A stretch of 64,000 nt of DNA from Fistulifera solaris. Lineage: Eukaryota. This document shows positions 12,424 to 22,927 of the stretch, one piece after another. A program made the translations under genes and the position numbers. The notes below the pieces were generated by a model that was given only the letters and a program-made list of their open reading frames with translations, was not told the DNA's origin and did no database searches. Location of the stretch: positions 1 to 64,000 of the forward strand of contig AP026126.1 of the NCBI GenBank assembly GCA_030295235.1, read 5' to 3'. Each line of letters begins with the position of its first letter. Positions within the stretch are counted from its first letter, which is position 1.

Positions 12424-13224
12424 TTGAACAGTAAATCCTTTTGATCTACTGATGCAACAGAATCTCACAAACAGTTTAAAATGTCGATATCTGTGCTGAT
12501 CATTTCGTTCACTGCTTCATACCTTGGAAATGCACGAAAACCGCACGTGACATCTGCGACACACAATTGGTACTAAGAAGTACACATAAATCATAAAAAA
12601 TCTATTCAAAGCTATGTTCAAGAACTTTTGACAAAGGGAGAACCAAGCGTTACAGAAACTCGCCATACCTGTCCGGTACTATACTCCAAAGCTAAAATAT
12701 AATTATTAATCTAGTCAAAATCGAATCATCTCTTTCTTTTCTATCTTTCGACACCCGACATTCTCCCTATTTTTTCTTGGTACACAATATTTCCAAATCG
12801 TCTCGCGTAAATTCGCGGGAATCATCATTTTCTTCATAGATACCGTAAAACGGCGACGGGACGTAGGGGCGATCTTCCATTTCTTTTTATTCTCGTTGCA
12901 TTGTAATGAAGAAGATCAACTAGTCAATAACGTTGCTTCGCGACACCAAAGGTCAATGGTAAAGAATTCTTACGATTGCCATCGAAAAGAATGGTGAAGT
13001 TTTGTTGCACCCAGCGGCCGATTAACGCAAAAACGGTTCACGACTTGACTCACGACTCAACCCTGCTGGTAGTAAATTTTGAAACGAAAAGATCACGATC
13101 GCGCCAGGAAATAATAAGAGGGACATTTTTATCTTTTCTCTTTGCCTCATCCGTCCTGCGCCCTTTCCTTCATTATACTGACTGTAAAGTTTCTCTTCCC
13201 TGATACGTTGAATTTACTGCAGCT

Positions 13225-14961
13225 ATGACAGATCCTACTTCTACTAAGGTTACAATAATTCACTGCTGGTCCGCTCCCCGCAGTCGCTCGACGGCTCTCT
13301 TGTACAGTTTTGAAGCCCGTGACGATTGTTGTGCTCTCGATGAACCGTTGTATCGACAATGGATGATCGACAATCCGCAAATACCTCGGCCTTATCGTAA
13401 GGAAATGATCGAAGGAGCACCGGGATGGGAGAAGGAACAGCCTGCTTTGTCAGAACGACTGCAAAAGGCGATTTCTTCAAGCCATCGAGTCATTTTTTGC
13501 AAGCACATGGCGAAACATGCCCCGCAATTTGATTTCAATCAATATCCCGAAACGGAAACGGTTCGTCACAAGCACGTCTTGCTCATACGCGATCCTGTCG
13601 CCGTCTTGTCCTCGTGGAAACAGTCCTCGGAAGTGCACGGCGAAGACATTCCGACCGCTTCGGAGATCGGGTTGTTGGATTTGTTGCAAATTCATGCGAA
13701 AGTTTCCGATACAGCTGTCGTATTGAATTCCGATGATTTAGTACAAAATCCGCCGCACGTACTTAACGAACTCTGTGATTCTTTGAATATACCGTACACC
13801 GAGCAAATGATGCGCTGGAAGAATGGTCCTCATGAGTGTGATGGACCCTGGGCGCCCTGGTGGTATCATCAAGTCCATCAATCGGTCAGCTGGAATGAAT
13901 CAAACGAAATCGAAACACGTTATCGTACGGTGCCCGTTGAGTTTCAGCCTTGTTTGCAAGTGAGCTACGCCGCGTATCAGTATTTCATGACTTTGCAGAA
14001 ACAACCTGTGATTCCGTTTGAATACGAAGATCCGCGCAATGCGCAGTTGTTAGTGTATATCGGTACATCGGGTCGCGGAGGACGTTTGATTCCAAGAAAT
14101 CAAGCCGGCGTCAGTCCGTGGGATTCTTCGGTACAAGGAGGAGATGCGGTTTGGGAAGGGATTCGTGTGTATCGCGGCAAATTGTTGCATCTGGATCAAC
14201 ATTTGCGCCGTTTACTCAATTCCGCCAAGGCTTTGGGCTTCCAACAGATCCACACCAAAGATCAAATCACACAAGCGATCTTTCAGACGCTCGCAGCGAA
14301 TGGTATGCGGGATGGTGCTCACATGCGTTTGACCTTGACACGCGGCGAAAAGTATTCCAGCAGTATGAATCCTGTGTTTAACGTGTACGGAACGACGCTT
14401 ATTGTTTTGGCGGAATGGAAACCTACACAAGGACGTACGACATATGACAACGTCAAAGGTGTTTCACTCATCAGTGCGAGTCAGCGACGCAATTCGCCCA
14501 ATACAGTCGACTCCAAAATTCATCACAACAATTTGATTAACAATATTCTACCCAAAATTCAAGCCAATCTGGCCAACTGTGCCGATGCGATCATGTTGGA
14601 TGTGGATGGCTATGTTGCCGAGACGAATGCTACGAATTTATTCTTGGTGGATCAAGAGGGTGTTCTGGTCACACCGTCTCCGGATCACTGTTTGCCGGGA
14701 ATCACACGCAACACTGTTTTAGAGTTAGCGCGCGAGTTGAATTTCCACATTCAGGAACGTCGTGTTAGTTTGGCAGAATTTCATTTTGCCGAGGAAGTGT
14801 TTACGACAGGAACCATGGGTGAAGTGACACCCGTGACGTGTATTGATGGTCGTGTAATTGGGAGTGGCGTTCGTGGTCCTATTACGACTCGTCTACAAGA
14901 TGTGTATCAAACCTTACCCGAACGAGATGACTACGCCACGGCCATCCCTGCGTTTTACTAA
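13225..14961 (+). CDS. Sulfotransferase-like P-loop domain fused to PLP class IV aminotransferase (BCAT-like protein 2 architecture)
   Basis: N-terminal WSAPRSRSTAL and LLIRDP. C-terminal GDAVWEGIR, SKIHHNNL, ETNATN, LPGITR and TGTMGE. Intact, intronless, 578 aa. Confidence 0.9.
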   Translation: MTDPTSTKVTIIHCWSAPRSRSTALLYSFEARDDCCALDEPLYRQWMIDNPQIPRPYRKEMIEGAPGWEKEQPALSERLQKAISSSHRVIFCKHMAKHAPQFDFNQYPETETVRHKHVLLIRDPVAVLSSWKQSSEVHGEDIPTASEIGLLDLLQIHAKVSDTAVVLNSDDLVQNPPHVLNELCDSLNIPYTEQMMRWKNGPHECDGPWAPWWYHQVHQSVSWNESNEIETRYRTVPVEFQPCLQVSYAAYQYFMTLQKQPVIPFEYEDPRNAQLLVYIGTSGRGGRLIPRNQAGVSPWDSSVQGGDAVWEGIRVYRGKLLHLDQHLRRLLNSAKALGFQQIHTKDQITQAIFQTLAANGMRDGAHMRLTLTRGEKYSSSMNPVFNVYGTTLIVLAEWKPTQGRTTYDNVKGVSLISASQRRNSPNTVDSKIHHNNLINNILPKIQANLANCADAIMLDVDGYVAETNATNLFLVDQEGVLVTPSPDHCLPGITRNTVLELARELNFHIQERRVSLAEFHFAEEVFTTGTMGEVTPVTCIDGRVIGSGVRGPITTRLQDVYQTLPERDDYATAIPAFY

Positions 14962-15001
14962 AAACTTCGGACGGAGTAATTTCATAACGTTAAACTTTGA
15001 A

Positions 15002-16297
15002 TTAAACCAATAAATGGTCGTCAGCACCACCATCTTCGTTGTCATTCGTTTCACTCAACAAATCTGTCGGCTCTACAACCGATGCTATACGTCCTATGTC
15101 TTCGTCTTGCTCCCAATCGGGTCGTGCATCACTCTTCCCTGCATCCTCTACTTCGTCTTCTGGTTCCGGTTGCATCCACTCATGTCCCCAGGTATTTCCA
15201 TGGACATTTACATCTTCCTCCAGCAAAACACCATTTCCTACGACACTTCCCACACCAAACGATGCAATCGCTTCCCGCAACGCATAATACGATGGTTTTT
15301 GTTGATAATCTTCATCGAAAATCAAGGGCTGATCGTCATAATAAAAGTGCGACACCCACGTATGTTTGTCGGAAAATCCCCACAACCAAATCCCATCGCA
15401 CGATGGTTCACTGAGCGCAGCTACGACTAAATCATGATAGATCTGTTTTTGCGCTACCGTTTCTAATACGGGGTTCTCCAAACGACTCGTCCGGACATCG
15501 ACTTCACTCAAGTTGACGGTGAGTCCCAGATCCCCGAGACGCCGAATTTGTTGTTTCAGCATGCGCGGTGTCGGTGGACGGTTCCGACCGGTCCCGGCCG
15601 CATTGAAGTGTCCTTGCATGCCGCAACCGTGAATGGGTACTTGTTTCGCTTTCAAATCCGCTAGTAAATGATAAAAGGCATCCCCTTTGGGTGTATCGAT
15701 GGCTTCGACTTTGTTGTCATTGTATAACAGCACAGCATCCGGATCGGCTTGATGCGCCCATCGAAAGCACTTTTCGATATAAGACGGACCAAGTTTTTGC
15801 AGAAAGATGTTTTCCGCGAGACTCCCATCGGGTGCCAGGGCTTCATTCACAACATCCCACGTCCGAATTCTTCCTCGAAAGTACCCCATGACCGTATATA
15901 TATGACGTTGCAAGTGTTCGCGCAATTGCTCGGCGGTCAATTGCTGCAAACAGGGAGGACTAGTGACATGCCACACCAACACGTGTCCTTTCACTTTTTT
16001 ATCGTGTTGCAAAGCCCAATTCACCACAATATCGGCTTGTGTAAAATCATACTGTCCCAAACACTTAATGTCATTGAGATCATTTTGACCTTCTCCTAAC
16101 AACGGGCCCCATTTGAGGTCGTGTTCGACGACAATCGCATTGAATTCACGTTGAAGGGTCGCCGCATAAAGGGACTCGGCTTGCAATGGCTGCGGTAACA
16201 CAGCGGTTCCGATATCGATGTGTTTGCAAGCGCGGGATGCTGCATGCGATAACGAATCATGATTGTCGTTGTTATTGTGATAATTGTTGCGTGTCAT
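15002..16297 (-). CDS. Glycoside hydrolase family 10 (endo-1,4-beta-xylanase-like)
   Basis: KGHVLVWH, WDVVNE (acid/base), YNDN, GMQGH, SEVDV (nucleophile) and WGFSDKHTW. First ATG at 16297. Intronless. Confidence 0.9.
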   Translation of the reverse strand: MTRNNYHNNNDNHDSLSHAASRACKHIDIGTAVLPQPLQAESLYAATLQREFNAIVVEHDLKWGPLLGEGQNDLNDIKCLGQYDFTQADIVVNWALQHDKKVKGHVLVWHVTSPPCLQQLTAEQLREHLQRHIYTVMGYFRGRIRTWDVVNEALAPDGSLAENIFLQKLGPSYIEKCFRWAHQADPDAVLLYNDNKVEAIDTPKGDAFYHLLADLKAKQVPIHGCGMQGHFNAAGTGRNRPPTPRMLKQQIRRLGDLGLTVNLSEVDVRTSRLENPVLETVAQKQIYHDLVVAALSEPSCDGIWLWGFSDKHTWVSHFYYDDQPLIFDEDYQQKPSYYALREAIASFGVGSVVGNGVLLEEDVNVHGNTWGHEWMQPEPEDEVEDAGKSDARPDWEQDEDIGRIASVVEPTDLLSETNDNEDGGADDHLLV

Positions 16298-16683
16298 TGT
16301 ATTCGCAGCAAAAGAAAAAAGAAATAACTTGTCTAGAGACGAAGAAATGAACAAAGAAGTTTGCTACAAAAGAAAAAATGGGTGTCATCGCTCATCGCAC
16401 ATGGCAGGGAAATGAAAGATCGATATCTCGTGTCTTGACAGTCACTGAGTGACTGAAATCTGAAATCTAGTCTTGCACAAAAATGTCCTACACTGAAGAA
16501 GAGACTGTAGAGCTTTTCGAAAATGTAATCCGGGATAAATGAAAAGTCATCACTTGCAAAACAAAACCTAAGCCGAAAACAAGAAAATGCATGGAAATAA
16601 TCAATGACACGGCCCATTTTCACAATTGTTATTACCGGGAAAGTACCAATTTTGGTCAGGTTGTCATGGCAATCCGTGGGCTG

Positions 16684-17145
16684 TCAATACAATCTGAAGG
16701 CCTTCTTGAACACGATTGACTTCATCGCGCAGAGCCGTGATGAGCTGTTCTTCTCTTCATCCATCTGCCTTTGAGCATTTTCAAACCCCTGGTTTATACG
16801 TTCCGCAACATCGGCGTTCTTATGATCAATGTCTCTCCTCCGCCGATATGCCTCCCAGATTGCAATCTTTTCGCTTTTCAGATCATCCTGGACCACGCGA
16901 AGTTCTTCGGACGTGGCTGCATCTAATTCTATAGCCTTCTCCTCAAAATCGACGTATAATGCTTCTGATTTTTTTCTAAACTCATCGAAATATCGCTGAC
17001 CTTTGAAATGGGCTGCCATCATGAGGGAAAGAGCAGCACTTTGCAGCGCACCTACGTCATCGCTACTCAATGCGGAATGTGGGTTATTGACACCATCATT
17101 ATAGATACCGTAAAAAGCAGGTGGGACATGGCGTCGCGCATTCAT
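16684..17145 (-). CDS. Hypothetical helical/coiled-coil protein (~153 aa)
   Basis: Open ORF with charged helical composition and a local paralog at 12234-12423. Confidence 0.55.
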   Translation of the reverse strand: MNARRHVPPAFYGIYNDGVNNPHSALSSDDVGALQSAALSLMMAAHFKGQRYFDEFRKKSEALYVDFEEKAIELDAATSEELRVVQDDLKSEKIAIWEAYRRRRDIDHKNADVAERINQGFENAQRQMDEEKNSSSRLCAMKSIVFKKAFRLY

Positions 17146-17798
17146 CGTTATGTTCTGTATGAAAGAAATGCGATGTCGTCTCCGCATGTTTTCTTGTACG
17201 ACGATGATTCAAAAAATAGCCGACTCATTCTCTGCGCAAATACCAATGAACCAACAGCACGAGGAGTCAATGTGTACCCTCGAGTCGAGCGCTGCGACAT
17301 AGAGTATTTATGTTGAAAAAAGAGCAGGCATCCTTCGCACCTTAACACTAGAGTAATAAGTAGAATTTAACGGAAGGAAGCATCGTATTAAGACAACTAC
17401 TGGTAGGGTCAAGATCATTGACACTAGTCGTGCGTGGCCGATGCTCTCGCTCCCAGGCTTTTTATACGTAGTAGTTCGCAAAGTTGCTGAAAAATTTGCA
17501 CTCTATCCTTCCTTTCGACCATCAACAGTTTCGACCTCGTCTACCGATCGTCTTGTAAAAATTGGATTAATCTAAAGCGCATCAAACGGCGCGCAAGGTA
17601 AAGAACTAGACTACATTGTTCTTCTACATTCTACCCTGACTGCACGCGTTACATAGGCGGCCTTAAAGACTTATATCATAGTGAAAAGGTCTGTCCGTCT
17701 CTGCCTCGCCGCGACGAGCAGCGGCGCCGCTGCGCGCCATGACGGTTTCCTTATTAGTGTGTTAACAACAACTTGTCACAACTAATGATTTTTCCAAA

Positions 17799-18989
17799 AT
17801 GCCATCCACACAAGAACTATTTGGAGATGATTCTTCGGAGGCTTCGGTCGTAGAAGAAATGACGAACGCAACAACCGAGCGCACATTCGAGGAGAAGAAC
17901 GATGACGACAATCAAGATGATGAGGACACGCCTCCCCCGAAACGCCCCGCTGCGGAGAATACAATTACATACAACGACGACGAATCGTGGTCGATTCCTT
18001 CCTTTCCCCCGCCTCCTACTAACCTTCAACCGTTTGTTTTGAAATTACCCAACTTCATGGGAATGCAAACGCAACCCTTTTCTGCAGACGAGTACGATCC
18101 GGCACAAGAAGAAGAGTATTTTGGTCCGCAATCGGTCTGGAATTTAGTGCGCTATCGTTACAACGACGACGGGAAGAGAGAAAGCAATACACGATTGGTA
18201 GAATGGGAAGATGGTTCGTATACATTGCACGTGGGTGCAGAAGCCTTTACGGTCGATCTCATGGATCATGCCGTGCTGCAAAAGAAGAATAATGAAGGAT
18301 TTCCTGGATTGAATGGATATTTGTATGTTTCTCACAAGGCATCGATGGGCAACAACAGCAATACGACGACAACACTGGAATGCGTTCATCCATTAAAAGC
18401 CCGCGGTACACTGAAACCAACGTCCTTGCAATCGGCGGCGCATAAAGCCTTGACGGTGTCGATTCGTCAGCAAATGATCAACAAACGGGCCAAAATCGCC
18501 AATTACCAAACCACACAAGATCCCGAAAAGTTGAAACAAGAACGTATCAAGGTCAAGCAAGATTTGGAAAAGGCGGCCTTGGCGCGGGGAGAACGACGCG
18601 TGGTCGGAGTAGCACCCCGACGTCGTCCGCGTCGCTCACGGGCGTACTTGGAAGAGGAGGAGGACGACGACGATGAAGATTACGATACGACCAACATCAA
18701 GGCCATGAAACGTCGCACCTACAATGACGACGATGATGGTGAAGACGATGATTTTGGAAATGATGATGGGGACGACGATGACGATGATGAAGATGATACC
18801 TTTCATCGGGTTCGTCCTAAGAAGCAAGCTAGGCAGGAATCGAAACAAGACAAGAAAGGGCTTTCTGATGATGATGACGACGACGGCGATGCAGAAGAAG
18901 AAGATGACGATGATGTTGTACGACCAGTGAAGACCAACCACAAACGAAACGCGCAGGCTTTGTTTGATGATGACAGTGATAGTGAATAA
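17799..18989 (+). CDS. LEO1: RNA polymerase-associated protein Leo1 (PAF1 complex)
   Basis: KLPNFMG, ESNTRLVEWEDGSYTLHVG, S..HK.LT and DPEK motifs, plus acidic tails. Confidence 0.9.
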   Translation: MPSTQELFGDDSSEASVVEEMTNATTERTFEEKNDDDNQDDEDTPPPKRPAAENTITYNDDESWSIPSFPPPPTNLQPFVLKLPNFMGMQTQPFSADEYDPAQEEEYFGPQSVWNLVRYRYNDDGKRESNTRLVEWEDGSYTLHVGAEAFTVDLMDHAVLQKKNNEGFPGLNGYLYVSHKASMGNNSNTTTTLECVHPLKARGTLKPTSLQSAAHKALTVSIRQQMINKRAKIANYQTTQDPEKLKQERIKVKQDLEKAALARGERRVVGVAPRRRPRRSRAYLEEEEDDDDEDYDTTNIKAMKRRTYNDDDDGEDDDFGNDDGDDDDDDEDDTFHRVRPKKQARQESKQDKKGLSDDDDDDGDAEEEDDDDVVRPVKTNHKRNAQALFDDDSDSE

Positions 18990-19171
18990 GGATTTACAAG
19001 TACAAGGATGCAAATAAATCAACTACGAAGAGCCAATACGCTAAAAGGGTGATTTGTCACTTTTCTTTTGATGAATTGAATACCTATAATGTACCTATAA
19101 AGTCTCCGTTTGTTTCAAAGTATCAAGTATGCAAATGCAAATGAACACTGTACATAACACAATAATACCCT

Positions 19172-20808
19172 TCATGCGTGTTCACTACCAATGGAAACGG
19201 CCCGATACGTTCTCGAGCGCTCTGCTTGCGCCGACGATGAAACTACGTCAATTGCCTCTTCCTCCATTCCGTCGTCCTCCTCGCTGTCGTCCTCGTCTTC
19301 TTCCTCATCATTCTCTTCGTCTTCTTCATCTTCGGCCATCGTTTCGTCCACAACTTCGTCAAGATCATCGTCCAATTCTCGTAACATGATCCGACGTGTC
19401 GACGACGATCCCAATACTTGCTGCATATACTGTGCCATCCGACGGTGCAAATCTCTCTCCTCTTGTGCCAAACGCAGTTGATCTTCCAAATCACGCTTGG
19501 CTTGTTCGGTTTGTCGAAGCGTTGCTTCTAGTTGTCTTAGTCGAATCCGCAATTGATCCTCTTCCGATAAAGGCAATTCAAACCAATCTCGGTGCGTGTA
19601 CGAAAAGACTTCCAACCACAAGGCCCTGGGCAACGAAGCTTGCGCGTGAGCATGTCGGGAGGGATCCGCATTGGCACACAGCAATACCGTGCGACACGCG
19701 GTTCGAAACGTCTCGGAATAATAGGAATGCAATGCCGGTTGCCAAATGCGATGGGGGATGATCATGGGCGCACGCGAGGACGGTGTCGGGTCGATCATGC
19801 TGGTAAAGCGCACACCGGAAATCACCTCCGTCACAAAGTCACGGTTATGTAGCAAAGGAGGACGGAGACGGAAGGTGTTGGCAGCGGCAGAGATATCCAT
19901 TGTGAGTGCTTCAGAGCGAGACAAACGAGTGACTTTGACGAGCTCATCGCCGACTGAAGATAAGACAATGACAAGACCATGTGTCAGTAACTGTCGACAC
20001 CAAGAGCGTTCTTGCCCCGCTATACCGCGGACTTACCTGGACAAACGAGAACACCATTGGGCCGCAATAAATTCGCAATGGGTTGCAAAGCCTCCAATTC
20101 TAACGCAGCACCTACATAGATGCGATCAAAACCCATGCACGCTTCTCCTTCACTTGGATGAAGCACCAATCCATTGCCTTGCAGAAACTCCATCTTCGGA
20201 TGTTTCCTTTGCATCGATTCATTCTGCCATTGCTGGACCACCTGTTGCCCATGTCGAAAGGGTTCGTCTTGTAGTTCCACATTATACGCTATTGTCTGCG
20301 GTCCCATGACCTGTGTGACCAAACACGTCAAATAACCGGTTCCGGAACCGAGATTGAGAAAGGTTGACCCTGCTTCGGTCAAAGGCAAATCCAAAGCTTC
20401 CAAAATAGTACCATAAATGTGCGGCGCCGAAATATGAATGTTTCCTTCACGTATGGGTTGATCGGTATACGCCAAATGACTTTGTTTCTGCGTGAAATAC
20501 AAGATTTGGTGGTGAGGACTTTTTTTTCTTTGGAGGAAAAAAAAAGAAACATTTGACAACATCCTCCCACCATACACGTACCGTCGGCACAAAGAATTTG
20601 CGATCAACCGCACGAAAGGCAGCTTCAATTTCCGGTGTACGAATGACACCAAAGCCTACAAAGAAAGTACATAAATAAGTTATGAGTTTAACAGATGAAG
20701 TCAGTAAGTGTGTCTTTTGTTTTTTTTTGTCACAAAACGAACCAAAAACGTACGCTTCAAATTGTTCACCAATTCATCGTTGGTTCGACCACTACTTCGC
20801 CAAGCCAT
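19172..20808 (-). CDS. Protein-L-isoaspartate O-methyltransferase domain protein (PCMTD-like) with C-terminal coiled coil and acidic tail
   Basis: Spliced start MAWRSSGRTNDELVNNLK, then GNIHISAPHIY, FLNLGSGTGY and FDRIYVGA. Three GT-AG introns (~20753-20657, ~20581-20488, 20036-19954). Confidence 0.85.
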
Positions 20809-21465
20809 CGTTGCGCCTATTCAATTCTGTACAATCAAATGAGTTGAAGAAGAAGAAGATAGAAGATAGATAGAATCTGAAGATGTAATGAAAGGAAACA
20901 ATCTATCTCTTTGGGATCGAACGAAGGAAGTGTTTTTGTCACAGAACAAAAATAAAAATCATCGAACGAATTTCGAGATTTTTTGGAGAAGGATGAGGCG
21001 AGAGGCTCACGCCCCGTAGAAGTTGTAGGAAGATCAACGGTACGAACCTTGTACTCTGCAACAGAGTGAGGTGTCAGAATGCACTACTCACTCGGGACTC
21101 GGGACCATCAGTCCTGCTTCAAGCCGTGTGGATCCTTCGTGACCGAGATCCAGTCACGGCCAAAAACGACATACAGTAATGTCTTACAGTGAAACGAGGA
21201 CCGACACGAAAGTCATTTCGGGTCATTTTCTCGGACTTTTTCCGACACTCAACTACACAGTATTACTTTGTGTGAAAGAACGATGAGCCCAACACGAAAA
21301 ACTGAGAATGAAGGAATACTTGTACTTTGTAGAGACGAACATTTTGGACAACAACACACAAAAAGGGGGGCAAACCCATTTTGTATTCTTCCTTTTCCTT
21401 TATTACTTCATTTCTTCCACTCTTAATTTTAAATAACTCCCTTTGAAGTGACAACGAATTGAAAC

Positions 21466-22704
21466 ATGAACGGACCCGAGTTGATTGCACGTTTACAAGC
21501 CAACGATTCGACGTTAATTCGTCTCGATATCACCGCCCCTCTTTTGCAATCTCTTTCCTATTCGCAAATACAAACCTTCTTGGCCACGTTTCCGTGTGTC
21601 CCTTCCATTCGATCCGTTCATTTGAGTGGATTGGCATTAGACAAAGTCTTATCGGCAACGCAAATCCAGGAACTGTTGTTGGGAATTGCCTCGATGCAGC
21701 ACATGCAAGATTTGTGTATCTTTCGCGGTGGCAGTACTGTACTGACAGAAGAAGCCGTCGCACAATTGTTGCAACACAACGATGGTCAATTAACGACTCT
21801 ATTGTTGTTTCAATTTGCGTCGTTGCACGAATGTCCGAACTTGGCGGGGGCACTCCGACAACATGCGTCGCTCCAACGTGTCACACTAACCTTGCCCACG
21901 TTGTTGCCGTATGCGGCGTTGGATTTGTATACCATGTGTTTCGCAGTCATGCCCCAATTGCAAGTCTTGCAAATTCGCTCTCCCGGTGGAACACCGCAAG
22001 AAGAACCGCTCGTGTCACCGGAGGGCTTTCGAGTTTTGATTTCGTCCCCCACCGTTACCAGTCTTTATTTGGAAAATTGCGGATTGCTGGATGATCATAT
22101 GGATGTATTGGAAGAAGAATTGAAGCACAACAATCACACCCTACAATTGTTGGATTTGAAAGACAATACGCTACTGTCCGACGATGTCTTGTACAGTATG
22201 GGACGCGTCTTGCCACACAATACGACGTTGGTTTCCTTGGATTTGTCTGGCGTGTACATTTCGAACGGTGGAGGTCAAGCCTTGGCCAAGGGCATGGCAC
22301 AAAATACCACCTTGACCCATTTGGAATTGGAAGGTACCGAAGAGCGCTATCGCAATGAATTCGATATTCAGTTGCAACATGATCAAGAAGAGTGGATGAA
22401 ACAAATTTATTACTATTTGCGCTTGAATCGCGCTCGTGCCGCGGTCGAGGAAAATGAGAAAGTGAAGATCAATAAACGAGCATGGGTGGAAAAATTGAAT
22501 TACGTCAGTGATCACTTGGATTGTTTGTACTATTTCATTCGTCAAGGATCGCGCTTTGTCAAAGGGTTCGAATCGTCGAATCGTCCGAGTTATTTGAACG
22601 ATTATCTCGATCATTGTCAAAGTGTGAAAGACGATGAACATCGACAACAGCAGTTGGAGGCAAATCCTGGAGCGCAAATGATTATGCAGTATTTGGGACA
22701 GTAA
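21466..22704 (+). CDS. RNI-like leucine-rich repeat protein
   Basis: Repeated N.TL..LDL motifs (NHTLQLLDL, NTTLVSLDL, NTTLTHLEL) and C-terminal YYLRLNR...LDCLYYFIR. Confidence 0.8.
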   Translation: MNGPELIARLQANDSTLIRLDITAPLLQSLSYSQIQTFLATFPCVPSIRSVHLSGLALDKVLSATQIQELLLGIASMQHMQDLCIFRGGSTVLTEEAVAQLLQHNDGQLTTLLLFQFASLHECPNLAGALRQHASLQRVTLTLPTLLPYAALDLYTMCFAVMPQLQVLQIRSPGGTPQEEPLVSPEGFRVLISSPTVTSLYLENCGLLDDHMDVLEEELKHNNHTLQLLDLKDNTLLSDDVLYSMGRVLPHNTTLVSLDLSGVYISNGGGQALAKGMAQNTTLTHLELEGTEERYRNEFDIQLQHDQEEWMKQIYYYLRLNRARAAVEENEKVKINKRAWVEKLNYVSDHLDCLYYFIRQGSRFVKGFESSNRPSYLNDYLDHCQSVKDDEHRQQQLEANPGAQMIMQYLGQ

Positions 22705-22927
22705 GCCGATAGGATTTGTTGCTTGAGGCATAGGTAAACGGAAGACGAGCGCAAGATGTGCATACGAAGCTCGAGACAGTGCCATGTCAAAAGATAACAC
22801 CTCACGCCAAGAATGCTATCAATCAAACCTTACCCTAGATAAAAATTATATACTTCTATAATGCAAGCAAAAAACTAACATCGATCCCTCTCAATAGGAA
22901 GAGGTTCCATTCTCGCTCGGTGCAAGA

